DNA of 63,986 bases, the filler included, from Stramenopiles sp. TOSAG23-3 (lineage: Eukaryota): the NCBI GenBank assembly GCA_900128585.1. It is 4 parts of 4 records of this genome, joined end to end, with 100 filler letters (N's around TTAATTAATTAA, not from the genome) between each part and the next. Parts side by side here need not be neighbours in the genome. Positions count along the whole stretch, not along the records: positions 1 to 16,416 come from LT642488.1; 3 more parts are not named here. The stretch is one strand, 5' to 3'. The notes under the pieces were generated by a model that was not told where the DNA came from, did no database searches, and saw only the letters and a program-made list of their open reading frames with translations. A program made the position numbers and the translations under genes. This document shows positions 1 through 10,053 of this stretch, piece after piece (position 1 is the stretch's first letter; every line of letters starts with the position of its first letter).

Positions 1-273
1 GGGCGATTAGTTGTTCAAATTTGAAATATGAAGACGACGACGAAGAAGAAGGAGGAAGAAGAAGAAGAAAATATATATAAAAAATAAAAAAAGAGAGATG
101 TATTAATGTACATTATAAATATATTTTATTATAAATTCAGACAAAATAAATTTTAATGAAAAAGAAACGCTTAAGTCAAAACTGCACCCACACAATCCAT
201 ACCACAATTTTGCAAATACAAAGCTTCCTGGGCATATTTTGGCACGAGAGTTTAATGCAAACAGTTGGGTTTC

Positions 274-1809
274 TTAAAACTCCCATCGAACCATCAACGG
301 ACGACTCAGTCGCCATTGCTGTTCCCAAGCAGTCCCGTTGTCCCATGGCAAGCTATTGCCCGCTTTGCCAAGCTTCGAAACAAAGAGGGTTGGTTTCTCC
401 ACATCCCAATCCGCTTCTCCCCTGTACTTCCGCGCCATGGCTATCGAATGCCCTCTCAATGCTTTAGCTGCACGTTTGCACCTTTCAACAGCTTGGCAGG
501 GCCGCGGCGGGGGCGATGCAGTCCGCGTTAAAACAAAGACTCGCGCCCTCATTTTTGAAAATAACATAAAACCATAGCGCAAGTCAACCTTCCAAGAATT
601 ACCAAGAGCATCGGGCTCTTCCATTCCCTTTTTGTTTCCCTCGCACACTGTCGCCAGCGAGGCCCTCAACGTTGCCTCGTTCTCCACGCTCGTAAGCAAA
701 ACTGCTTTGCCACCGCATCGAGTCACCCGAGCCATTTCACAAAGCAACAGCGGGTAAAGCGTTTCGTTCTCTTGGACCGAGCCAAACTGCTTTCCAAAAG
801 GAACATCCACGCATACTTTGTGAACGCTGTTGTCAGCCATCGGAATACATGTGGAAGAATCCGCTTGGAAAAGCGTAACTCTTTGGTCAACACCAGCACG
901 AGAGACGTTGGCCCTGGCGGCATCAATCTGGCTGGGATCAACATCGCAGCCCACGAAGCTGCAGGCGGGCCAGTTAAGTGCTCCTTCCACAAGCAGGTTT
1001 GCCCGACCGCACATCGGATCTAGGACTACATCTCCTTTTTCAAGATCCAGGGTTCGGGTCAGAGCCCAGCAGATGGAAGGGTGTAGCCCCCTTCCAATTT
1101 GCCAGCTCCCATGCCCACGGCTTTTTTCTCTGCAAAATAAAGGGATGGCGACTAAAAATTCCGAATGGTTTAAATGCAGAGATATTTCCAAGGACGGAGA
1201 ACATAGATCAACAGAGTGAAGGAGGCCAGGGTAGTGGGACTCCAGCGCAAGGCCAAATGCTCGCCCAAAAATAGACGAAGGAAGAACTTTTTTCCCCACA
1301 GAAGTGGCGCGCTTTGCCGTGCACCTGAATGACAACTCTTGTAGGATCGTTTTCTTTTGAATCAAGCGCCAGTACGCGGTGCTCCGAAACAAAGAGTGGC
1401 CAAAGTCCTTCGATTTAGCTAAATCCACTATCCGCTTCACTGAACTCTCCGGCGATACGCCTTCAAAAGCAAGAAATGTGCCGACAGGATCACTTTCATG
1501 ACGATGCACTACCACGCTCACCTTTTCAATTTGACAAGCCTGAAGAAGTTTCTCCTCCGTCAGCACCCTTGCAGCGGAAGCAAGAACGCGAAAAAATATT
1601 CTCCCAGATTTACAGTTTACAACTTCACAAGCAACTAAGCCAGATATCTCTTTCGCAGCGTGCTGGGCGGCCGCTTTTCCAGGGCGCGCGACGGTCGCCA
1701 CAAGCAGCACCCCTCGGCGAAGAAAGCTTAGCCGGGTCCACTGGCTGCAAACTCGAAAAACGTTCCGATCCAAAGGTGTCAAAAATTCCCATACCTTTGC
1801 GTGCCACAT
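274..1809 (-). CDS. THUMP-domain RNA m2G methyltransferase (THUMPD2/THUMPD3-like)
   Basis: THUMP-like segment (SFRCTAKR...SVDLCSPSLEISLHL) followed by class I SAM motifs VLDPMCGRANLLVE, GCDVD and VDVPFGKQF. 511 aa, ATG start. Confidence 0.85.
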   Translation of the reverse strand: MWHAKVWEFLTPLDRNVFRVCSQWTRLSFLRRGVLLVATVARPGKAAAQHAAKEISGLVACEVVNCKSGRIFFRVLASAARVLTEEKLLQACQIEKVSVVVHRHESDPVGTFLAFEGVSPESSVKRIVDLAKSKDFGHSLFRSTAYWRLIQKKTILQELSFRCTAKRATSVGKKVLPSSIFGRAFGLALESHYPGLLHSVDLCSPSLEISLHLNHSEFLVAIPLFCREKSRGHGSWQIGRGLHPSICWALTRTLDLEKGDVVLDPMCGRANLLVEGALNWPACSFVGCDVDPSQIDAARANVSRAGVDQRVTLFQADSSTCIPMADNSVHKVCVDVPFGKQFGSVQENETLYPLLLCEMARVTRCGGKAVLLTSVENEATLRASLATVCEGNKKGMEEPDALGNSWKVDLRYGFMLFSKMRARVFVLTRTASPPPRPCQAVERCKRAAKALRGHSIAMARKYRGEADWDVEKPTLFVSKLGKAGNSLPWDNGTAWEQQWRLSRPLMVRWEF

Positions 1810-2680
1810 TTATAATTCGTAGCACTTGCGGTACAACAGTGTAGTTCAACACAAACGAAGTCCATGCCCATGGCAGACCCTTTGTCCTTTTTCTCTTCTC
1901 CCACCGGCCTCACCACAATTAGGAACAAATGGAGAATTTGGAGAAGATAATAAGATAATAATACGACAAACAACAAACAACCAACGACAGACAACAAACA
2001 CAAGAAGAAGAAGCAAAAAGAAGAAGATCATCACAGAGAACAGAGACAAGAACAAGAGGCCACAGGCCACAGGCCACAGCAGACACAGGACGGACACAAA
2101 AGATATATCCAAGAACCAAGAAGAAGAAGACAAAAATACAACAACACACAACAACAGGGTCATCTTTCTTCTTCGACGCAACTGATTAGGAATATACTAC
2201 GACGTAGACTAGAAAGACTATTCTATACCTAGCCTTATATATGGCACACTATATAAATATCAAAAATAGAAAATATTTGCAAAAAAAAAAGCAATTATTA
2301 TATTTATTAGAATTTAGAAGAAGAAGAAGAAGAAGAAGAAGAGAAGAAGAAGACCAGCACCGGAAGATAGATTTCACACCACCACAGCAGCATTTAACAC
2401 AACAACATTATCATCATCAGCAAGTATTATTACTATTATTGTGTTGTTGTGTTATTATATATAAAAAAATGCATAGTTAATTTTAATCATAATATAAAAC
2501 AACAAAAATTTCGACACGACGAAATTCCATCGTAATGAGACGAAGAAGTTACCGAATAAGGATACTCTGAATAAGATATTTTTCACCCAACAACATAAAC
2601 TTAATAGAAAGCATAAACAGCCAAAAGCCCGTGATTCAACAAGAGAAAGATTTGGCATTCAAGAAAGTTCCGTGTCAATT

Positions 2681-3643
2681 ATGGATAAATGGGGATATAA
2701 GCAGTTGTGTACCCAACTAGATGAAATTACGGCAAGGTTAGACGGCCTCAAAACGAAACGTAAGGAGGAGGAAAGGTTGGAAGAGGGGAAACGGAAGCTT
2801 AAAGAAAAGAAACTTTCAGAGAAAATTTTTATATCGACTCAAACTAACATGATTTCCGACTTGCTCGATCAATTTGACGTGGACAATGGGGCAGTTGGTG
2901 AGCTCGACTACAACGCAGAAGCCATTCGTCTTTTTCCTCAACTAGGTTTATACAAACAACAGAACGTTTTAAAATCGAAGAACAACATGGCGTGGTGCGA
3001 AGCCCATCCAATATACTGTGGGGGAAGAAACGGAAACGCAAAAGTATTTGTTGGTAACATCATGACAGCAAACAACATTGATTACCTTGATGAGTTAAAT
3101 ATTTCCCACATTGTCGATTGTCAAGGATCAAAAAGCAGAAGTTTTGCAGAAGAAGAAGAAGAGTGCTGCAACCGTGGTCGGAAAAGAAACAAAAAAATCT
3201 TTCGATTCCAGATTGAGAAACATTATTCGTATTGCTATGATTCAGGAAAGGGGAAGATAATGGAAAATCAAAGAAAAAACGCAGGCGAGATGAAAGTGAA
3301 CGAACTTTTGAGAACGCGGGTCAAATGCCAACATGTTCCAATTAAAGATTCGACAGAGGGTGTTTTAAAATTTTTCCAACCAACATTTCAATGGATTGAT
3401 CGTGCCCTTGAAAATGGCTACAATGTATTAATACATTGTTTGGCGGGCGCGCATAGGGCAGGAACAACCGCAATTGCATACTTGATGCACAGAGCAAAGC
3501 TTGATGTTCGATCGGCGATTATTTCTGCGAAACTATGCCGTCCTATTATTTCTCCTATTGGTAGTTTCCCAAACCTGTTGATTCGGTTAGACATGGCCTT
3601 GAAAGAAAAAAGAGCCGATGAAAAAAAAGGGGTGAAGAAATAA
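2681..3643 (+). CDS. Dual-specificity protein phosphatase family protein
   Basis: Catalytic CX5R loop VLIHCLAGAHRAGT, upstream VFVGN...LDELNISHIVDC, downstream AYLM. First ATG at 2681. Confidence 0.85.
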   Translation: MDKWGYKQLCTQLDEITARLDGLKTKRKEEERLEEGKRKLKEKKLSEKIFISTQTNMISDLLDQFDVDNGAVGELDYNAEAIRLFPQLGLYKQQNVLKSKNNMAWCEAHPIYCGGRNGNAKVFVGNIMTANNIDYLDELNISHIVDCQGSKSRSFAEEEEECCNRGRKRNKKIFRFQIEKHYSYCYDSGKGKIMENQRKNAGEMKVNELLRTRVKCQHVPIKDSTEGVLKFFQPTFQWIDRALENGYNVLIHCLAGAHRAGTTAIAYLMHRAKLDVRSAIISAKLCRPIISPIGSFPNLLIRLDMALKEKRADEKKGVKK

Positions 3644-3899
3644 TTTCTGTACACATCGTGATAGCAATTGAGATGAGGATTAAGGCCAGTAAAGAAGAAG
3701 CATGAGTGAATCTCCACCATAATAGAATCGGTGGTGGTTTATAAATATACTGTGTGCAGGACAGTACATATTTAAAATATTTGGTGCATTTAATCTTATT
3801 AATGTTAAACCATCAAGATATATATATTTGTTTTTTTTAATGTACGCGTACAACACTTGAGATATTTTCACCCCCCTCCCCCCTCCCCTTTGGTTCAAG

Positions 3900-6800
3900 T
3901 CAACGAAAACAGTTTGGTTTTTCCCATTGGGTTTCTTGGGTTTGGGGATTGTAGTAATAGGGGATGGTGCTGCCTTCATCAATGTATTCCAACCACTGTT
4001 CGTTAGACTCAGGTGTGATCTCGGAAGAGCGATTCAACTTTGACTTTTCTGCAAAGACAGGGTTGCGCTTTTTAATGATAGTTGAAAGTCGTTCTCGCCT
4101 CTCAACACGCTTTTGCAGAGATGTTGGTGGCTTTGCTGAATGCTCAACCACTGCAACGGCAATGCTGCTCAGTTCTACTACCCTCTTCTTTCTAGCAGGC
4201 CCTTCATACCAGACAATGCTCTTTTCGTTAATTTCTTTATTGTTCCCTTTCATTTGCAAACGGTTTCCCATCTTCGTAGCAGACTTGTCCTTCTTGCAGC
4301 AGCAATATACCGCGCAGCAGATTGATAATACCACCAGAGTGCCAACAATGGCCGGGATCACAGCATTTTCCAAGCGCTCAACAATACTAGGAGATGAGTT
4401 GTCGTTTGAGTCCATGTGCCCACCCGCTTCTGTCTTGTTTGCAGAAGACTGGGGACTCCTAGTGGTTATCACTGGGGCTTTTGTTGTTGCCCGCGCAGCT
4501 GATTTTGTCGTGGTAGTAGCCAGCCAAGTCGATTTTGTTGTTGTTGCCCGCGCAGCTGANNNNNNNNNNNNNNNNNNNNNNNNNNNNNNNNNNNNNNCCA
4601 GCCAAGTCGATTTTGTTGTTGTTGCCCGCGCAGCTGATTTTGTCGTGGTAGTAGCCAGCCAAGTCGATTTTGTTGTCGTTGTTGAAGCAGTAGGCCCCGT
4701 TGTTGAAGGTGTCGTAGTGAAGGGCTCGTTTGCGCCAGAGTCGCCCCAGACGCATGTTTCTGTCGCTATTTCTGTTGGTGACAAACAGTGTTCTTTGGAC
4801 CCTGCATGAGTATGCCGTTTGCAGTTGCATTTGTTATCCTTGCTATCCGTGACAAAACCTTTGCCCTCCTCTCCATATTCAACAATACTGATGTTGTACT
4901 CTTTATACGTACTCAGCATTTTGCTGCCAGTGCCCCATTTGCTTTTTTTTGCGTCCGCAAGGCATGATGTAGGGACACAGGGCAAGGATGGAATAAGTTG
5001 TGGGTATGGGGCGATAGGGGCTTGGTAACCTGGGCATTTGCATGTAGACTTCAAATTAGCAGGGTTAAAGGACACTTGGGCACCTGTCTCAGTCCCATAC
5101 GTGAAAATCCAGTGGTTCAAAACTTTATGTCTACGGATAATAAGGCCTTCATGCTCATCGCCCAGATTCTCCGTGTGTCGCTTTTGGTAAACAGGCGTGC
5201 CCATGAACTCTCCTATGGTAGTGTAAATCCCACTGAAATTAGTCCCCGCCGGCTCCATACCCTCCACAGTAACCAGTAGTTTTTTGCTATTGTAAAAGCA
5301 TCCTGCAGAACCTTCATAGCCTTCCATTGCATCGTACCCTGGCGGACAAGAAGCACACGATTTGCAGTCACTGCTGCTGTCAGCCTCATATGCGTACGAT
5401 CCTGCGGAGCATTCCTGAATTGAACACGAGTGTGCTGTGTATTTCAATTCACTGATAAGGGGGTTGCTAAAATCAAACTTGGCTATCAGCCAGCCTCGTC
5501 CTTTGTGCTGCCCAATTTCTATTTCTTGACCGGTCGGAATTTCAAACTTTGCGTCAAACCATTGGCTTTCTGAAACTTCCACTCCATAGGAAGGTGTATA
5601 CCACCGAATACCGTGCGAATGCAGATTGATTACATCTGTATAATTTTCGTTTGGTATAGGTGCTACCCACACATCAGAGTCGCCCCAGAAGAGAGCGTCA
5701 CCCATGCTTTCCGCTCGCATTACCCAAAACCAACCAGAGGGCGGGTGGTTTCCGTTCCATTTTTTTAACCACTCTGCTTCACAAAATGTGTCATGGCCAG
5801 GATTGCACCGTGCCATATAAATGTGCGTTTTCGAAAAATGAAAGCTTGCGACGTAGTGCGGCGTTTTTATCGCTTTTCCAGACGTTTCGCTGTTTACAAT
5901 TGTGCACGTTTTAACCCCGCCGTCGCAATAGTTGTAATCCACCAGACTATACTCTCCATCGCCTTCGCCCCCATTAAGCGTTGAATGTCCCGGATCTTTG
6001 AGAAGAAAAAATGGTGTCGCTCCACCAGGGTTTGAGAAGCAGTAATCGCTCAACGTGCTGTGGGCACCAATTGTGACGTCCGCACCGTACAACATTTGCG
6101 CATGTGGGAAATGGTCGTAAACATATGTCTGTAAGTTTGGGACTTGAACTGAACACGCGGCTATGACACTTGACGTTTTATGCTCTTCACCTATTTTTAT
6201 CAACGACAACGATCCATTTCCTCCGGCCGCAGAGATATTTCTATTCCGATCGACCCTTACCGTTTTGCCGCAGCCCAAGGTATGTTCGCAAAGAATAGCA
6301 GCATTGTCTTGCTCATACACCCTTGCCACACGTTTACCGGACATGTACTTGACTGACACTCGCAGTGTCTCACCATCTGCTTGGAGGGTTTTGACTTTGA
6401 TCGAGTAGTCCGACTGTGGTTCAAAGACATACGTCTCGCCGGGGTTTAGAAACATATCCCTCTGTTCCACCGTTATCGGGCGCACGTCAATCGATTGGGT
6501 AGCATGGGCCCAGTCGCCTTCTCTATACTTTACGAGGTGCAGTGATGCCCCGTTTTTACACGTGCTTCTGTCACAGCTCGCACGGTACGATATGTACAAA
6601 TATATGTTATCTCCAGCGATGGATAACCACGGGTTGTTATCTCGGTCAGCAGTTGGGCACCACGAACGTTCTCCCGGAGGGCAAGGAACGCCGTTCATGA
6701 ATTCAGTCTCCATCCGGATTCCTAAAAATTGACTGTCGCCCAACTGCTCAATCGCATTTTTCCGGTCGAACGGCTTCAGTGTGACAATGTGTTCGTCAGT

Positions 6801-7610
6801 ACCAGAGCTGATCCTCGGCAAATCCTTTATTTTATCGTCTGGGATCCACCCGAATCGGTGTTTTGTCCCGGCATTTACGTGACCAATTTGGAAATCGTGC
6901 AATCTCATCCCCCCGCCCCCCAGCAAGTCGTAATCGTCGCCGTACCGATGCCGATTGTGCCACGCATGCTCGATTCCGAAGTTGTGCAAAAATTCGTGTG
7001 GGAGTATTTTCGTCTGGAATGTCCGAAAGGTAATGTCTTTGTACGTTGTGGTGGATCGGATAAAGCCGTATATGAACCGCTGTACACGGCCGCCTCTTAC
7101 TGCTGTTCCACCACTCCCTTCAGCAACGTTTTTCGGCTTTCTCCAGAACAACTCAAAATCGTAATCGGAGTAGTTGTACCCCGCCGCCGTTCGGAGAGCG
7201 TTTACTTCGTTGTGAAAGTCCCGGCTATCTATGCTTAGGTGAATGACGTCAGGGTGAATCGTGGGGGGCATCAATTTCAATTTACCGTAGGACATTACGT
7301 CGATGAATTTAGTCAAGTTTGTAAACATGTGCATCAAAGCCGAATTTTCTATAGGATCAGAGGTCGGCCCTTCCTTGATTGTGTATTTTACAATCATTGT
7401 CGTTTTGTTTCCTATATTATACTTATGATCAAACGGGTTAACATACGCATTATCATTTCCTAATGTCCTACCATGATGCTGTGGCGCGAAATGTAAGTTT
7501 TCTTCAGACCCTTGTGGACGGACAACATCTGTAAGTATTATTCCTGCTTGCGCACCGAAGAAGCAGCAAGCACCGAAGAAGCAAGGAAGAAGCACACAGA
7601 TGAAGTTCAT
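3900..7610 (-). CDS. Membrane-anchored gametolysin/M11-like metalloprotease with Thr-rich stalk and C-terminal WW domain
   Basis: Signal peptide; zinc motif HEFLHNFGIEH followed by YGDDYDLLG; Cys-rich CSAGSY..CPPGY; Thr-rich repeats; TM helix (VIPAIVGTLVVLSICCAVYCCC); WW domain WLEYIDEGSTIPYYYNPQTQETQWEKP. Spans a 38-N scaffold gap. Confidence 0.8.
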   Translation of the reverse strand: MNFICVLLPCFFGACCFFGAQAGIILTDVVRPQGSEENLHFAPQHHGRTLGNDNAYVNPFDHKYNIGNKTTMIVKYTIKEGPTSDPIENSALMHMFTNLTKFIDVMSYGKLKLMPPTIHPDVIHLSIDSRDFHNEVNALRTAAGYNYSDYDFELFWRKPKNVAEGSGGTAVRGGRVQRFIYGFIRSTTTYKDITFRTFQTKILPHEFLHNFGIEHAWHNRHRYGDDYDLLGGGGMRLHDFQIGHVNAGTKHRFGWIPDDKIKDLPRISSGTDEHIVTLKPFDRKNAIEQLGDSQFLGIRMETEFMNGVPCPPGERSWCPTADRDNNPWLSIAGDNIYLYISYRASCDRSTCKNGASLHLVKYREGDWAHATQSIDVRPITVEQRDMFLNPGETYVFEPQSDYSIKVKTLQADGETLRVSVKYMSGKRVARVYEQDNAAILCEHTLGCGKTVRVDRNRNISAAGGNGSLSLIKIGEEHKTSSVIAACSVQVPNLQTYVYDHFPHAQMLYGADVTIGAHSTLSDYCFSNPGGATPFFLLKDPGHSTLNGGEGDGEYSLVDYNYCDGGVKTCTIVNSETSGKAIKTPHYVASFHFSKTHIYMARCNPGHDTFCEAEWLKKWNGNHPPSGWFWVMRAESMGDALFWGDSDVWVAPIPNENYTDVINLHSHGIRWYTPSYGVEVSESQWFDAKFEIPTGQEIEIGQHKGRGWLIAKFDFSNPLISELKYTAHSCSIQECSAGSYAYEADSSSDCKSCASCPPGYDAMEGYEGSAGCFYNSKKLLVTVEGMEPAGTNFSGIYTTIGEFMGTPVYQKRHTENLGDEHEGLIIRRHKVLNHWIFTYGTETGAQVSFNPANLKSTCKCPGYQAPIAPYPQLIPSLPCVPTSCLADAKKSKWGTGSKMLSTYKEYNISIVEYGEEGKGFVTDSKDNKCNCKRHTHAGSKEHCLSPTEIATETCVWGDSGANEPFTTTPSTTGPTASTTTTKSTWLATTTTKSAARATTTKSTWLXXXXXXXXXXXXXSAARATTTKSTWLATTTTKSAARATTKAPVITTRSPQSSANKTEAGGHMDSNDNSSPSIVERLENAVIPAIVGTLVVLSICCAVYCCCKKDKSATKMGNRLQMKGNNKEINEKSIVWYEGPARKKRVVELSSIAVAVVEHSAKPPTSLQKRVERRERLSTIIKKRNPVFAEKSKLNRSSEITPESNEQWLEYIDEGSTIPYYYNPQTQETQWEKPNCFR
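4479..4684. repeat. 57-bp coding tandem repeat (19 aa, TTTKSTWLATTTTKSAARA); assembly gap at 4560-4597
   Basis: Unit GATTTTGTCGTGGTAGTAGCCAGCCAAGTCGATTTTGTTGTTGTTGCCCGCGCAGCT is seen on both sides of the gap. Copy number is unresolved. Confidence 0.9.
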
Positions 7611-7813
7611 CCGCTTCTAAGCTGTTCTAGGGGGAAAGACGTAACCACCAAATGTCGTCACACTCACTCACTGCCTGAAGTATTAGTCAACTACACCGAA
7701 TTCGTTTAATCCAATAGAACTTTTTCTTTCACCTTTCTTTTCTCTTTCTACGATAATTTTGTAATTTTTTCGAAGAACTTCTTTGTCGAATATATATAAG
7801 AAAAAAAGAAGAA

Positions 7814-7879
7814 GAGGACGACTACAGTTCTAGTTCTTGACCGCACTCCGGAGTGCGGTCAAGAACTGTAGTCGTCCTC
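7814..7879. repeat. Long palindrome (perfect 36-bp core, 30-bp arms with a 6-nt bulge)
   Basis: AGTTCTTGACCGCACTCC|GGAGTGCGGTCAAGAACT at 7832-7867; GAGGACGACTAC (7814-7825) pairs with GTAGTCGTCCTC (7868-7879). Confidence 0.95.
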
Positions 7880-8085
7880 CTCTTGTTCTTCTTCTTTCTT
7901 CTTTTTGTTTTGTTATTATTATTTTTCTATCTCTTCTTTTTTTTGTTGTCTTCCCCCCCCTAGCTACCTGGTATAAGATATACTTGGTATTATAAAATAG
8001 CGCTATTATTATTATTATTATTATAGCTTTTATACCGTACCGTACCACAACAATATTATAAACGGTCGTCCCCACTCCCCACAAC

Positions 8086-8120
8086 AATTAAAATTATAAT
8101 GTACTGCGAACTGAAATCTA
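8086..8120 (+). repeat. Dispersed repeat, copy 1 (partial)
   Basis: AATGTACTGCGAACTGAAATCTA (8098-8120) is the exact reverse complement of 47366-47388 and shares its core with 12147-12165. Confidence 0.8.
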
Positions 8121-8414
8121 CTATCTTTCTCTCTTTTGGTCTGACTAATCGATACACCCTTGTCACTTAGCATTGACTATCATTCTCAGATGTACTCATA
8201 TTTTTTAACATAATATTTTAACAATCCTTTTCTATAAAAATATTTACCCGGTAGAGGATAATCTATAATGCAGATTAGAATTTCTTCGACTGGCTAGAAT
8301 TCCATCTTGGAATAAATATATTAGATCCCAACGCCCGTGTTTGTCCCGTACTGTGTATCTAAGCAAGTCTTAACTTACTTACTTGGAGGAGTACGAGGTA
8401 TATCTAGATATACA

Positions 8415-9248
8415 TTAATCTCTATTTTTGGACTGCTGACGCCTGGCTTTTGCTTCTTCCATTACTTCCCCTTCTTGCTTTTTCAAACGCGCGACCGCCT
8501 TTTCGTAGACGACTTCGTTGCTTTTGTTGTAGACCAAGATGGCAAATTCACGCTCGTAATTTCGTACGACTTGCTGTCCATAGTACACCCCGTTGCCGAA
8601 GCATAAAACTATTGTCAGCGCTGCGGCCATGGGGTGGACCGCGACTGCTCGGTGGGAAAGGCACACAAACATAATGACTGCGACTACGATCAACCCCGGC
8701 GACCGAAGCCATATGTTGATGTGGGCATTGACCCGTTTCTCTTCCAACCGGTTGAACTTCCCCAGTTTCACAAGGGCGAGGAGTGCGTAGTCGATCGCTC
8801 CCGGTATGCCGGTCATAAAAAAGAGAAGCAGATTCGCAATTTTCCCCCAACTCATAAGAAAATTGACCACCGCAAACGTCCCAACAAATAGAACGTGGTG
8901 CACGATATCTTCAGCTCTCAAGTTCGTGTACGCAAGAAAGTGGTACACGTGCAGCGCAAAGGCAAGGTGCGACGGATACCACGAGTCCATGTCTTGCACC
9001 ATGCTGCATAGTGGACTTGAAAGGCAAGAGACACTATCGCTGAATGCAAATATTGTTATCAACCAGTTCACGGCCGAGTGCAATCCAAACCATCTGGCCT
9101 TGCTGTTCGTTTTAAACAAAGATGTGCACTTCAAAATCATATCAAGCAGAAGTACAAGCAAAAGAAATTTTAACACCCCCATGAAGTGGTCCGCCAGCGG
9201 CGTTTGTGTTACCCCACCCTCCGGACACCGAATAACAACTCCTTCCAT
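8415..9248 (-). CDS. TLC (TRAM/LAG1/CLN8)-like multipass membrane protein
   Basis: Several TM helices with RWFGLHSAVN, ALHVYH, DIVHH, FFMTGIPGAIDY and WLRSPG motifs. First ATG at 9248. Confidence 0.7.
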   Translation of the reverse strand: MEGVVIRCPEGGVTQTPLADHFMGVLKFLLLVLLLDMILKCTSLFKTNSKARWFGLHSAVNWLITIFAFSDSVSCLSSPLCSMVQDMDSWYPSHLAFALHVYHFLAYTNLRAEDIVHHVLFVGTFAVVNFLMSWGKIANLLLFFMTGIPGAIDYALLALVKLGKFNRLEEKRVNAHINIWLRSPGLIVVAVIMFVCLSHRAVAVHPMAAALTIVLCFGNGVYYGQQVVRNYEREFAILVYNKSNEVVYEKAVARLKKQEGEVMEEAKARRQQSKNRD

Positions 9249-10053
9249 ACTCGCCAAACTGCAGTAAAATAACACGGATGTAACTGCGCAGTTAAAGCCC
9301 ACTCGTTATCATCTGGTGTTAATTCCAAAATTTCCATTGTTTCATTTAATACATTGAGTTTCATATACCAAAGTTACTTTTTGCATTTACATTGACTGGA
9401 TCGATAATTAATACTTTTTTTTTTATTACCGAAAAGAAAAAAGAAGAAGAAGAGCTACTAGTAGTAGTAGTATTTATTTAATAATAGCACAGCAGCAGCA
9501 GCAGCTCTAGTAGTAGAGCTGGAAAAAAAAAAGAAAGAAAAAAAGTGAATCTTCTTTTTTTTTTTGTATAATAATATAACAACAATATTTATAAATATAA
9601 TTAATATTAAATATACATAGACAGACCATTATATTTTTTGCACTCTTCTTCTTCTTCTTCTTCTCACTTCTCAAAACACCATCATCACTCACCCCACACC
9701 GCTTTTCTTCTTCTTCCCTCCTTTTCTCCCTCCTTCTTCTCCTTCCCTTCTTCTTTCTCTATTCTTCTTCTATCTTCCTCCGCCGCGCTGATCGATTGTT
9801 AATGTTGCCGTCCTTCCTTGATAGATCGTCATTTTTTTGATTCTGAATTCCCTTGTTCGCATGTTGCCATCCCCCTCCCTCCCCCTCCCCTCATTATTGG
9901 GGAGAAAGAACTTCTTCCGAAATATTTAAATTGTTCGTGTTGTTTTTTTACGTTTTATTCAGAAAAGGAAACAAGAGAAGAAACGCAAAAAGCTTTTTTT
10001 GGTTAGTCGTTGGTGCATCGGTGTTGTAATAATATCCTGCAACTTCGTCAAAC

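Noticed and set aside
1779-2658. Short ORFs in AT-rich spacers (also 7830, 9507, 22039, 25724, 28957, 31789, 38508, 40751, 45032, 63012)
   Set aside because: Translations of microsatellite or low-complexity DNA (poly-K/R/E/F/I) with no domain signal.
3964-4809. Long antisense or alternate-frame ORFs (e.g. 3964-4809, 19665-20324, 24400-25176, 27123-27887)
   Set aside because: Shadows of well-supported genes on the opposite strand; no independent motifs.
8398-8413. 16-bp palindrome GTATATCTAGATATAC next to the TLC gene stop
   Set aside because: Single AT-rich occurrence; no further evidence of function.
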